From: Nymphaea colorata
Taxonomy: Eukaryota
NCBI RefSeq assembly: GCF_008831285.2
Contig: NC_045138.2
Location: 34,286,001 to 34,350,000, forward strand
Direction: 5' to 3'
DNA length: 64,000 nt
A program made the position numbers and the translations under genes. Positions 14,401 to 27,200 of this stretch are shown here, one piece after another (position 1 is the stretch's first letter; each line of letters starts with the position of its first letter). A model generated the notes under the pieces. That model was not told where the DNA came from. It ran no database searches and saw only the letters and a list, made by a program, of their open reading frames with translations.

Positions 14401-17400
14401 TTTTCTGTACATCTCTTTATGCTTCAGTTACAAGTTCCATATTGCTCCAGTTGTTCCTTTATTGGGGCTTCTGGAATGCTTCAGTTCCAAATATTCTCCC
14501 TTATCAAGTCTATTTGATCACAGAATTCCGGCTGGAACTATTGATGCAGTCACTCTGCTTTTCTCGGGTAACTTGTCGAACATGTATGCTATACTGATTT
14601 GTTTGCTTCATTCTGTGTCTTGTCTCATTAAACAGAGCTGCTACCTGTGCAGGCTAGTATATCTTGGGGGGATAAGACCAAGAACATGACCCGTGTGATG
14701 GTTGGCGGATTGTTCTTGAGGTGCATTCCAGTTGGATCAATTTGCTATTGTTTTTTTCTCCTTTTTTTTTTGCATTTTAAAGTCCTCCTTTGTTATCTGT
14801 GACACTTCAGTTTTTCCTTATCTATATGCTTGGGCATGCACTTTTTTAATCACAATCTATAAAAATGGCACAAAATCTGTGCACATTTATGCTTGTCCCT
14901 ACAAATTCAACAATAAATTTTATGTGCATTCTTGGCAGGGACACATTTTCTCAGCCACCATGCACCCTTGTACAGCCTTCAATGCAGCTTGATCGACAAG
15001 ACGCTACTGTTCCAAACTTTGGTATCTCCCTATTGCTGTGTTCACCTATCAGTGTGGTTTTTTCATCTGTACTCAGCAGCATGTTGTCTTTATTCAGTGG
15101 TTCAGCCTATGTTGCTTTTGTTTGCAGCTGATGAAAATGTTTGGCCTAAAATTTATCCACTTGGGGAACAGAGCTGGCAAATATGTGATGCTGTTCCACT
15201 TCTTCACATCTTCTCTGTTCAGCTTAAGCCTTCACCTTCTCCTCCGTTGTTTGCCTCAGAAACAGTAATCAGATGCCTGCCTATTATGGTAATCAGCGAT
15301 CTCACAAGTGCTATTCCCTGTCTAATTTATGGAAAAGTTGTAGATAACAGTTTTTCTCTTTTGGTTTTCAGATCAATCTTCAGGAAGAGAGCTGCTTGAG
15401 GATTGCATCATTCTTGGCTGATGGGGTTGTGGTGAGCCCAGGTGCTGTGTTGTCTGATTCCTCAATTAACTCTGTTCAGTTCACCCTTGAAGAGTTTGAT
15501 CTTATAGTTCCACTGGTTGCTGGAAACTCTAGCAGTAATTCCTTTGCTGGTGCTAGGCTCCATGTGGAAGATCTATTCTTATCACAGTCGCCAAAGCTGA
15601 AATTTAAACTGCTGAACCTGGAAAAGGATCCTGCTTGCTTCTGTCTGTGGGAGGATCAACCAATTGATTCCAGTATGCGAAAATGGATGACAGGAGCTTC
15701 CCGTATTAGCCTGTCTCTTGAAACAGAAGGCAACTTGTTGAAATGTCAGGATTCTCCTGACTGGTCTGGGGGTATGTGGAGATGTGTTGAACTCCATGGG
15801 GCTCTCTTTGAGGTGGCTATGGCTACTGCTGATGGTTGCCCACTGATAACTGTTCCACCTCCTGGTGGAATTGTGAGAATTGGTGTAGCCTGTGAGCAGT
15901 ACTTATCAAATACTTCAGTTGAGCAGTTATTTTTTGTTTTGGACCTTTATACTTACTTTGGGAATGTAAGTGAGAAGATATCAAAAGTTGGAAAAGTTAA
16001 GAGTCCAAGGAGAAGAGAGGAAAGCTCCAGTGGAGGACTGTTAGATGTAGTTCCAAGTGACACAGCTGTCAACTTAGTTGTAAAAAGTCTCCAGCTTAAA
16101 TTTCTTGACTCATCTTCGAAAAGTATTGAAGGGATGCCTTTAGTCCTTTTTGGAGGAGACAATCTGTTTATAAATGTCGCACACAGAACTCTTGGTGGTG
16201 CAGTAGTTGTTTCATCCAGTCTGCGGTGGGATGGTGTTCAGATAGACTGTGTCGATACAGATGGAACTCTTTTACATTCTAACCTTAGTGAAGCTCACTT
16301 GGGGAATGGATCCATGTCACCCGTTGATGTGTATCCCCAAATGAGGGCTGTTTTCTGGATTGAAAAAGGGAGGGTTAGGCAGAATGGGTACGATTCACCT
16401 GCCCCATTTTTAGAAATAAGCACCACTCATGTTATTCCTTTTAAAGCTCAAGATTCAGAATGCCATACTTTGAGTATATCAGCTAAGGTTGCTGGAATAC
16501 GGCTTGGTGGTGGGATGAATTATACGGAAGCATTGTTGCACCGTTTTGGAATACTTGGGCCAGATGGCGGGCCTGGGGATGGCTTGTCAAAAGGATTGAA
16601 GAACCTATCCGAAGGACCACTGGCAAAGCTTCTTAAAGCTTCTCCTCATGTTAAGATGGACCGGGAAGAGAGTATGAGTTACAGTTTCTCTTTCTCCTGC
16701 TATTGGAAGACTTTCATGAAACATACCTTTCTATTTCAGGACTGTAATAAGCATGATATCCCACTATTTCATTGCATACTTCTCATGAACAAGGTTAATA
16801 TTTTGGGCCGGAAACACCTTTTACAAAATTAAAGCACCTTTCACAAATCACTGCAATTCTCGTTTTGATCTTCATGTTCGACCTGGGGGTTGTCATTTTA
16901 GGTCTTGTCAGTGAAACAGAAAGTATCGCTGCCAATAGATGGTGATCCTTGTGCAAACAACAGCTTCTCTTTATTTTGATGATTAAGCAAGCACTCATCT
17001 GTAGCACTGTGGAATGAGCTAATGCCTTTCCTTTTTCATCTGACAGCTACCATTTGGGGATCAAGTAACTTCTGGACATCTTTGCTTTCCTTCCTTTCCA
17101 CTAGGAAAATTAACCCACTACTTTGGCCTTGTTTATCAGGCATTGCTCTATAAAGCTCTTCCTGGTGGAGGACAGGAGCCCATGCAATCATTGCGACATA
17201 TATTTTACATTGTTTGCATTACCAGATTGAAATAATTGCCATTCTTAAAGACAGGAATATCATGCATTCAATTTAAATCCCTGCTATATGAACTATTCCG
17301 TTATCTGATCCTTGATTTGACTGTCACAGATGGTCGTTCAGACGAGGGAAATGATGAGGGAAATTTTGATATGGGAATGCCAGATGACATGGAGTTGTTT

Positions 17401-18684
17401 ATAGAATTGAAAGACTGGTTATTTGCATTGGAAGGTGAACTAGAGATGGCAGAATATCGGCAGTCAGGTGGTGACATTAATGTTGAAAGAGAAGAAAGAT
17501 GTTGGCACACAACTTTCCAGAGTTTGCAAATTAAAGCCAGTAGTCAAACTGAGAACACAGAGAAAACTGCTTTGACAAAAAAATATCCTCTGGAGTTGGT
17601 CACGGTTTGTCAACTCAGAAGCTCGATTTTCTTTTTGCTGTTCACTCGTTCTCTTATGCCATTTTTCATTTCCATCTTGGAAGCGCATATTGGATGATTT
17701 TTTAAATTTTATTTCTATGATCTGTCCTCTGTGTGTATAATTGCTCTTTTCTTTTATTGCAGGTGAGTGTAGATGGCTTGCAGGCCATAAAGCCACAAGT
17801 CCGAAGTCAGACAAGCCAGGCTAATGGTGACACAAGTAAACATGTAAGTGGATCAAGTAGAAATGGTAATGGCATTAGCCTTGAAGCCCATTTGGTGTTA
17901 GCTGAGGATGAGGAGACCATGGACATGACCAACTGGGTGGTTGAGAACTTAAAATTTGCTGTTAAAGAACCGGTAACATGATGGAGAATTTTCAGTTTCT
18001 TTTTCTGTCGTATGACGTGTGTCATAGGTATTGAGGTAAAGTTGCTTGCAGATTGAAGCTGTTGCGACCAAGGAGGAACTGGAATACCTTGTCCTACTGT
18101 GCAGGTCTGAGTTTGATGCTATGGGCAGAATAGCTGCTGGGATATTACGGGTGCTTAAGCTTGAAAAGTCCATTGGGCGATCCACAATTGATCAGCTAAG
18201 CAATCTTGGTAAGAAAGAAAGTTACATATAATACTACCTTCTTAATGTGAAAGGGCAAAGTTGAATTTATTTCTTTCACATTTTGTGTACTTCAATAACT
18301 ACCAATTGTACAAACTTTCAGGTTCTATGGTTTTGAGAGATCACTTTTTGAGTAAAACTTGTATGACTTGATGATGCAGGAAGTGACAGCTTAGACAAGA
18401 TTGTTACTCCTGAGAAATTGAGCAGGCGAAGTAGCATTAGCAGTATTGGATACACTCCACGAGCAAACCTTACAAATGGAGGCAATCAGTGTTTGGAATC
18501 AACAGTATCGTTACTTGAAACTGCAATTGCTGACTCACAGGATGTTTGCGCTGCCCTTGTGTCAGAATGTTATGGTTCAGATTTGCCGACTAAGCATCTG
18601 AAAGACATGGAACAGCTCAATCAGAAGCTTAAAAAAATGAACATTTTACTTGCCAGACTACGAACAGATATGCTGATGATGTGA
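8494..18684 (+). CDS. Chorein-N domain bridge-like lipid transfer protein (UHRF1BP1/BLTP3-like, At3g20720-type), 20 exons, ~1202 aa
   Basis: N-terminus MESILARALEYTLSRWLKSFSREQFKLQGR...LSNLDINGDALH is chorein-N-like. Exons, all GT-AG and phase-consistent, sum 3609 nt: 8494-8605, 8785-8873, 10438-10547, 10659-10713, 12299-12387, 13072-13138, 13224-13286, 13650-13820, 13902-13995, 14072-14151, 14284-14359, 14524-14567, 14653-14720, 14939-15021, 15128-15288, 15372-16671, 17330-17604, 17763-17972, 18052-18208, 18380-18684. Confidence 0.88.
11033..11307. mobile_element. Degenerate Tourist/PIF-Harbinger-like MITE in intron 4
   Basis: Left end GGGCTGGTTGGATGACA and right end TGTCACCAAACGCTACC followed by TAA form imperfect inverted termini. 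Related ends occur near 31455-31560 and 35690-35708. Confidence 0.45.
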
Positions 18685-20169
18685 TTGATGAGCGTGCTCA
18701 TGTTATATAATTTCGTGTGACGTGCTTGACATAGTTGGCAATTTTTCATGTATATAGCCTTAGTTACTAGTCATGTTATAGTACAGCCTGAAAATAATCA
18801 GAGGCGCCCTTCTGTATAAAAGCAGCTGTTGTAAAATGTGAGGACACAACAGGGTGCGGCATGGATTTTGATCTATATCTTATTTAAACCTTTTATGTGT
18901 ATTTTGTTTCATCTGAAAGCGTTAAGCAGACGATTGTTATGTAGTCTTCATTGGTAAGAGAAAAGAAGGTCCAATAAAATTGAGTTTGGAGTTTCAGATG
19001 TTCCTTTGGTTTGTGGTTTCTTAACGACTGTTGAAACGTATACTCTGTAGGTTCATGAACAAGGACCTAACCCACTCCCAAATGAAGAACCAAGGATGGT
19101 CATACCAGCAAAGGCCATCTTCACACGCATCTGCAAATCACAAAAGCCTTGATCTAACCATCTCAAGAGGAACGAAGATGGTGCAGAAGTTGACTCCTGA
19201 ATTGACGAATGCTTCATTCTTCTGGTCGTGTTTCCATGGTTTCCTGCTGTTTTGGTTTCTCCACAATAATAAAGATGTACAGGAGTCAAGGTGGTTCGTC
19301 ACAAGGGTGTAGGCCGGAGCAGTTCACTTACAGATGGGTTTAATTGGATGAAGGAAAGCGTTGTCCAATGGATCTTATAGGGTTTGATCTAGTCGAGCTG
19401 GGATCTAAAGAGTTGGATAAGTTGTATATATTTTTATAAGCAAGATCGTACCTTGTGGCGTGGATTAGGGTTTCGCTCGATTCAAATTCGGATGTGAGGC
19501 AAACTGCGGGATCTAAATCGACAAGTTTCACTTTTCACTTGCTTTGCGGACCGAGAAATGGAAAGAAATTGAAATTGGACCTGGTCCACTAACTCTTGTT
19601 CACCATCCAGACCTCACCAAGAAAAACATAAAGGAGATCTTGAGGAGCGGAATGCTACGCAAATGTCCCCAAATGAGAGCTGAAGGACTTTGAGACGCTG
19701 AAAAAAGCCCCATCGAACGTCAATCGATCACATTGATAAAATGACGATACAACAAGTAAGCACTTGAACGATTTTAGGAAGAACGAAGCAACCACAAACA
19801 GACCCGAAAGGTAATCATCGTAATTTTTAAGAACATGGTCGAAGCATTCTAGAGGAAGGGACGGTGAAGAACGTCGGTCGAGGTATGCAGTTAACTCTGG
19901 GAGTGAACGGTTTGATTGCAGCTAGCTCTGGGACTGAACGATTTGATCTTCGCTATTTCCTCAGTGGGAAGTAACTGCTCCAACATTCGGAGATATTGAG
20001 CAAAGATCCAAGGTGTGACATCAGAGATGTGGCACATCCACGTGTAAAGGCATGTCCCCAGCAAAGATATTTCCTAAACCTATTTTTTCTTATATTTGGA
20101 ACCTCCCCGGGCTGTCCATTTGTTGTTGCTGCAAGCCTTATCTTCTCTCTCACTCCCTTCCTCTCACTA

Positions 20170-20796
20170 ATGGCGTCCACCTCCTTCTTTCACATCTTCC
20201 CGCACCTGAAACCCTCTCCATCTTACAATTTATCAAACTCGCCAAAGCTTTCTCATTCATCAAAGAAAACAGTCATAAAGTGCTCCTCCCAACCTCAGCA
20301 ATCCCAATCCCAATCCCAACTGCCGCAAACAACGGAGCTAGAAGAAGGGCAAGAGAATTCCCCAATCCAAATAAGGTCTAAAGCTCAGCTAGTGAGGGAG
20401 AAGAAACCATCAGACTTAGCCAAAACCGAGCCACCCAACTTCGAGATAGGATGGAAGAGAACAAAGAAGCTGCCGCTAGAGAAGAAGAAAGGGTATATGA
20501 TCATGGACTTCTTGGACAAGTTGGAAGGTTTGATGAGCAGGCAGTACGGAACCACCGAGTTGTTGGCAAAGGCTGGAGGAATAGTGGCAGAGAGGGTGAG
20601 GGAAGAGGCTGAGATCTTGAGGAACAAAGGAGAGGTCGATGACAGGTTGGTAGTTGAGCTTTTCAGAGTGCTGAAGTTGATGGAGATGGAGCTTGAGATG
20701 GTGAAGGCTGCCAAAAAGGAGGAGACGTTGAATGAGAGGCTGGAGCAGGCTAAGGCTAGGTGCAGACAGGCCATTCTGGTTGCTGATTCTTTCTGA
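20170..20796 (+). CDS. CRR41: Chlororespiratory reduction 41-like chloroplast protein (NDH complex assembly), intronless, 208 aa
   Basis: ATG 20170 begins a Ser/Pro/Lys-rich transit-peptide-like MASTSFFHIF.... The conserved part PNFEIGWKRTK...DFLDKLEGLM...ELFRVLKLMEM...ERLEQAKARCRQAILVADSF* matches CRR41 as I recall it. Confidence 0.75.
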   Translation: MASTSFFHIFPHLKPSPSYNLSNSPKLSHSSKKTVIKCSSQPQQSQSQSQLPQTTELEEGQENSPIQIRSKAQLVREKKPSDLAKTEPPNFEIGWKRTKKLPLEKKKGYMIMDFLDKLEGLMSRQYGTTELLAKAGGIVAERVREEAEILRNKGEVDDRLVVELFRVLKLMEMELEMVKAAKKEETLNERLEQAKARCRQAILVADSF

Positions 20797-22419
20797 GTTC
20801 CCGAGTCAATCTTTTGTTCAAACTGGGCATGGTAATGAGTTGGTTTCTTTGTAGGAGGGCACTGTAGAGATCCATAGTGACCTAGTTTCAAGTCTTTTGG
20901 CTTTCCACGCCGGGATTCGGGAACATGAATTCGAGGGTAAATTTGGTTTTGCCTGATGAAATTCCACATTTCCCTGAGAATCGTGAGCGTGTTCGTGAGC
21001 TGCGCACCTTAGAAATGGAGCTCATGGCCTTGGCTACATCCGCGGTGATGAAAAGGAAATCAGTTGCCTATGACTTTCTTCTTTTTTCCTTAGATAAACC
21101 AATCACCTTCTGTCGTGTGTTTCGAGCTAAATGACGTTTTCTCAACTTGGTGGTCTCCATGAATCGGATTCCTTGTGGGTCGCTTGGAATGTACTTTATT
21201 GGCTTGATAATGTTCATAAATCACAAGTCTCCTCCGGAGCCATTCACAAGTCCATGAGGCCTTATCGGAGACGTACATTAGCGTAAGCGACGCGGAACCG
21301 TGAAGTCCTGACAAATTCGATTAACTCTTAGTCATATATGCGGAACCAGGAATGGCTAGATTTAACTTCTGAATGCCAAACAAGCATTATCAAGTAGTTA
21401 CTTACTGAAGCCCATGGAGCAGCTAATTTTCGCATGTCAAAGGTTTATAAAGTTTAAGCCATTAGCATAACGTAGCTTCGAATAAAAATTTAATGATTAA
21501 GCAAAGGACACATCGGTATCTGCTAAGGCTTCTATTGTTCTTCTACTTCAGCACCAATTGCGTCTTTTTGACCATTGAGGAAATCTGATGACGCATATCA
21601 TTTTTTAGATTGGAGTTTTTTATGATTGTACCATAGGACACGTTGATATCCACCGAGGTATTCTATGATTTTTACTTTCTCCATCCATTGCAAATGCTTG
21701 AACATAGAATCCTTAGTGTTAAAACTTATTATAGGTTTTCCTTGAGAACTCCCTCTCTTCGAACTGCTCCCACTGGAGCTGCCACCGCTGTCGCGTGCTT
21801 TCCGCCGGAGCATATAACTTTTCTGTCGTAGTGACGAGGGACTATTCTAAGGATTAGACCACTTAACAACCTGAGAAAAGGAAACGCTGGTTGAGTTATC
21901 AAAAAGGTCGAGATGTCTGCAAAATGGCAGTGATAGGACTTGATCTAGAATTCCATTTTAATATTTTTTCTGCGAACTCTCATCTTTCACGTGCTCTCCA
22001 CCTAGATTAAAGAAAACAGAAGTTTATGAATGAAACAAACTTTGTCATGCACTCTTGGATGTTCAAGAACGGTTTTGCTGCTTTATTATTGAACAAATTC
22101 ATGTCAATAGGAATGGTGTAATCCCGTACCACACGTTAGTCGGCGCTCAAACTTATTTATTAGGAACAATGTATTAAAAGGAATTAGGATTACAGATGAG
22201 TTGGAAGTAAGACAACCAGGCATCTGAAATATTATATTTGAAGGATCTGATATAACATTAAACGGCAAAATCCACACAGTAAATCCTATTCACTCCTAAT
22301 GCACTATGGCAGATTAGTCCTTTTCTTTTCTTACCCCATCGGCAAAACTTTAGTTGGCAAAACTCACTACATTTCCTACGATTTCTGAAGCTTGGATGGC
22401 TAATGCTGACCCCTCGTAG

Positions 22420-23520
22420 AGAGAGATGATTTGTTTCTCCCATTTATGAATTTTTCGTTTCCTTATCATCCATCATCAGCCGAAGGACGGTTGCTTTCCT
22501 CTTTGCCGTCATCAATAGACGGAAGATCAATTTCTTTCGTGCTGTCGTCGCCATCGATTTCACTGCTGCCGGAAACCATTTTTAACTCTTCACGAGAGAA
22601 ATGGGCAATTCCCACCGACTTACTGTGACTGTCATTTTCTTCGTTCGTCGTTCAATTGATGAGGAATTTCATCCGCGTTGTAGTCCCCATCTCATTTTGC
22701 ATCGCTGGAGAATGTTTGTGATCGTTTTCCATCCACTTCCTCCTTTCCCTCCATTCCTTCAGTGACCAATCGATGATGACTTTCTACCACATTGTGCTTT
22801 CCGGCCAACTCTATATCATCACAAAGATTTTCGGACACACCATTTTGGAAATATATCAATCCTTCGTCAATCGGCACACCCTTGCTCAGTTTGATTTACT
22901 CATCAAGCAATTGATCACGAAGATCCATGGCATTGCTACCCGTTGCTGTATCCCGAGAAACAATACAGTTTCCAGACTCACCATTTTCACTCCCCGAAGT
23001 CTTCCACAAAGAATACGATAACGTCAACTAATACCTAAACCATAAACCCTGAGGTTTATTCCCAGCCAAAAGTATTTGAAGAGCTGATTAACGAAGAAAT
23101 GACTAAATCCAGCCTAGGCCTTCCAATTGCGCCACAAGTTTGAGTGGCTTCTCTTCCTTCGGCACTCCTTCGCCCGAAAACCTTATTCTCGCCCCAGAAA
23201 GTCCCCGCAGATACTCATCAAGAACGGCCGTGTGATCGATTTCAGTTGAACGCCACTGCCATGGTACGAGCGATCTTTCTTTCTGAAATGCGTCTCGTTC
23301 ACCATGATTTCGAGACGGTCACCAAAAGCGAAGACGGAGGACGCAAAGGAGGCAGTCACGATGGGCTTGCCGGCGAAACTCCGCGGTATGTTCAAAATCC
23401 TTACGAGGAATGACACGGATGAGATGTACTCAAGCTGGGAAATGGCGGAGGCACTTATGAGCCTCTTGCACATCCTGCGACTCAAACGCAGAAGGGAATG
23501 CCAGCCAAATAGTGTCAACA
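22420..23520 (-). pseudogene. Possible decayed coding sequence of unknown family
   Basis: Minus strand gives protein-like stretches broken by stops and frameshifts: a basic N-terminal piece (MCKRLISASAISQLEYISS...), then a long D/E-rich piece (...SENLCDDIELAGKHNVVES...SSDAK*DGDYNADE... / ...SEIDGDDSTKEIDLPSIDDGKEESNRPSADDG*). No family recognised. Confidence 0.3.
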
Positions 23521-24215
23521 GCAGCGGTCTTCCACTGGGGCACTAGAAATTCGTTTTAGAGAATGAGTTCATCAACTTGGCGTCCCTGGGATACTTTTGG
23601 CAACGTACAACATTTGCGACATTAAGCAATTTTAACGCAAATAGATATTATTCTCCACACGGAGAAAGGCACAAGAATTGGCCTCCAGTTCTCTACTGCC
23701 TCCATGACTGCACCTCTTGGAGATGAACACAAAAGAGCACATAAATAAGCTGCATTTTCCAAAATGTTGGCAACCTGGCATCTTAAAAGCTTGCTCCATG
23801 GATACCTAAAATTCTGTAAAAAACCGCGGCAACTTCAACACAGGTACAAGGGCAATAAGTGAGCACAAGTGTGTTGCCGCAAGCCCTTATGAGAAAAGGG
23901 TGGACGCACTTCTTTTCTTGGGGTTTAAGACATCTACGTTCTCACTGTCAATCAAGTGGAGGTTCAGAATTGGTTTTCCCTTCAACTTTGCTTGGAAAAA
24001 GGAAAAAAAAAGAAAAACTCTCAAAAACACAAATGTTGGAAAACCCCGACAAAACTCAAGAAACTAAAGTGATTAATTAACCTTCCGTCAAGCATAGAAG
24101 GAGAACTTGCAACCATAGCAGATTCTACAACTGGAATTTCAGCCCAAAAAGAAAAAAAAAAAACTACTGATTTTTTTTTTCCTTCTTTTGCCAACCACCC
24201 TATTCAGCATAGCAA

Positions 24216-27200
24216 CTAGTTCTTGATTCCACCTTCATTTAGATCAATTAGACCGAGGTCATTATGAACTCCATACACAACCACGTCCGTGTCTTCGTCA
24301 TACCTCTTGTACTGCAAAACAAAGAGCATTCAAAGAAGCCATCAAAAATACATATCCAGAAATCGTGAATTAAATAAGAAAAAATGGGATACAGAATCAT
24401 CATTAAAAAAAAAAATCCTGCAAATCGAAGGCGGTGTTCCCTGATAAAAAAAAGAAAACACAGGAGAAAAGATAACAATTGGTAATATGTAACCCATATT
24501 CTTGTTACTTTCTGTTTATGGCTTCGTAACTATGCCTGTCCACAAATTTGTAAGTTCTGACACAAATTTGATGAGCCTTAACCAGAAACTCAACAGCAGA
24601 CCAGAAACTACGGTAAAAAGAGTCGTGGAGATTTAAATTCACTACTGTTGGTTGCGAAGGATTTAAAAACAATCGTTTACAACAATACTGGAACTAGCAA
24701 TCTCTCATTACAAAGTTCACGATTCTTCAAATAATTAATCAAATGCCAGTAAAGGCATGAGTCCAAGTTCGTAGAGCATTAAATGCAATAACTTCTAGAC
24801 CTTGTCATTGTGTTCAAGGGCATTTGGAGGACCGGCTGGTAGTGAAGTCCGGATGATGTGCTTATCACCAGCAGCATCTGAGGCTGCATTCGACCCATTT
24901 GCCACTTCAGGTTTATCATCAATGTCGATTGCTTCTGCAAGTTCATCCTCCGCATGAGCAGCCATACTAGTAGATGGCACTGTATGTACTAAATCTGAAC
25001 CTCTTGCCTGTTCACAAGCCAATTCAACAACATTACATTACTTTTGCTCAAAATAAGAAAAGGCAACATACAAGAAAAAAAAAATGCATGAACATTAGCA
25101 TGCTAAATAAGAAAATTCACATATTTGGTCTCCAATGGCATCTACAACAGTCACAATTTCTTCCCATTATATACCATAAGTCAGACCAATAGAATCATAA
25201 CCACAAAAAGGGGTAGCATCTACCTTCTCTGTAGCTGCAATGGCAGGTGGAGAACCAATTTTCCTCTGCCTAGGTCTATCTACATGCGCCACATATCTAA
25301 AAAGGTTCTTGCTCGAAGATACTCGGTATCCTAAAAGTGCTTCTTTCCCGCTATTTTCACTGTGGCTTACGAACCTATCACTCTGAAAATGCTTATCATA
25401 TCTGGTCAGCTCACTAAAATGTCCATCTCGTGTCCTTAGATTTGCTGCAAACAGAAAGAATATTATACTTGCTGCAAATAAACATAAACATAACAATATC
25501 CACTTCAAAATACATAGCAAATAGTTGTTTTAAAAAATCATATCTAAACAAAAGAGGGTTCACAAAGTTCTTCCCCTGCACCAATCTTTTCCTAGGGACT
25601 TCTTTTCTCCATGCAGTAACATTTGGTTGTATTGCCATTGCATCGAAGAATATCACCTTAATGTATGTATACTGGAAATTCTTTTATGGCATGGATCAGA
25701 TAATTCCTCACCTTTTCCATTTCTTTGTCTCTTTCTTGTTAGATGATATTTGACCGCTGCATTATATTCTCATGTTTGATGATTCCATTAGCATTCCCCG
25801 TCTTGAGAATAACATAGTTACATCCATTCTGTTCTCTATAATATTCCAACACAAACTTATCAAATTTACAATCAGTACACATTGTCTTGTGTAAAGTTTA
25901 GGATTACTAACTGAAACTATTTCACAACGGCATTAAATAACCAAAATTATGTATTTAACCAACATTTGTTGGCCAGAGCATTGGACCTTGTTCACACTTC
26001 GGGACAGTACAGGCCCCTACTCCATGCTGCAATCTACATGATTTGTTTTTAGCTAGAGATTGCAAAAGTACTAAGTTTAATTTTAGCTCTATATGCTCTA
26101 TGTGACTGTCGTACAGTCACGGTCAGAATCCCAGATGTCACTCATTGCAAAAGCTGAAGCAATGGTCATTGCCTGGGCCCAAGGAGGCACATACACAGAT
26201 CCAGGTTTAGCTTTTCATCCACCTTGTTTGAGGAGAAAAAGGGGAAAAAAAATGAAAGCCACCAGGCATCCTTGCAAACATTATATTGAACCTGAATTTG
26301 GATTTCAAATTCAGGCTCTGCATCGTTTTATTTGCGTGCCAGTTTAACATGTTCAAACCTTCAAAGCAAAAGCACTATCTAGGAAGAATAATCATGACCA
26401 GAGTATGGAGAGTTGAAAATGCCATCAGCTCTCTCAAGAATCATTTTAAAAGGGGATGTGCTTGTTTCTCTGCAGAAAGAAGAGAAAAATGAAAAATCTG
26501 TCTCAATAGCAAAGGGCAGCATTCTTATCAGATCAAAAGTCATGCATCAGAAGCAAATAGTTGTTTTCAAAGACCAACTCTAAACAAAAGAGGGTTCACA
26601 AAATTCTTCCCAAATTCCTAATGTAACAATCTTCTCCTATTGCTTCTTTTCTCAATGCAGCAACATTTGATTGCATTGCAATCACGTCCAAGAACATCAC
26701 CTTGATGTATGTATATTGGCAAGTCTCTTATGGCATGGATCAGATGACCCTTCACCTTTTTCATTGTCTTTCCTTTTTTTCATAGAAAATATTTTATTGC
26801 AGCCATTGTATTCTCGTGTTTGGTGATTCCATTAGCATTCTTCATCTCGAGACTAACGTACTTATGCCCATTCTCTTCTCCATAATATTCAAAACTCAAA
26901 TTTATAACCAACAGCATTACCTTAATGTTTCTAAAGTTTAAGATTACTTCTGAAACTAGTTCAGACTCACATTAAATAACTAAAATTATGTACTAAACCA
27001 ACATTTGTTGGCAGAGCGTCAGACTTTGTTCCAACATTTGGATAGTACTTGCCCTACTCCATGCAGGAATGTAAATCTTCTGTTTGTTAGCCATTTCAGA
27101 AATATCAATTCTAATTTTAGCTCTACGGTTATGATAACATTAAATAAATAAAGATCTTCTTGGTATGAAGAGTGACCTGATTTAGCTTCTTCACCGACTA

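Noticed and set aside
19996..20169. N-terminal extension of the 266-aa ORF and the antisense 194-aa ORF at 20385-20969
   Set aside because: The extension starts at TTG and is 5' leader; ATG 20170 begins the transit peptide. The antisense ORF is a shadow of the CRR41 coding strand.
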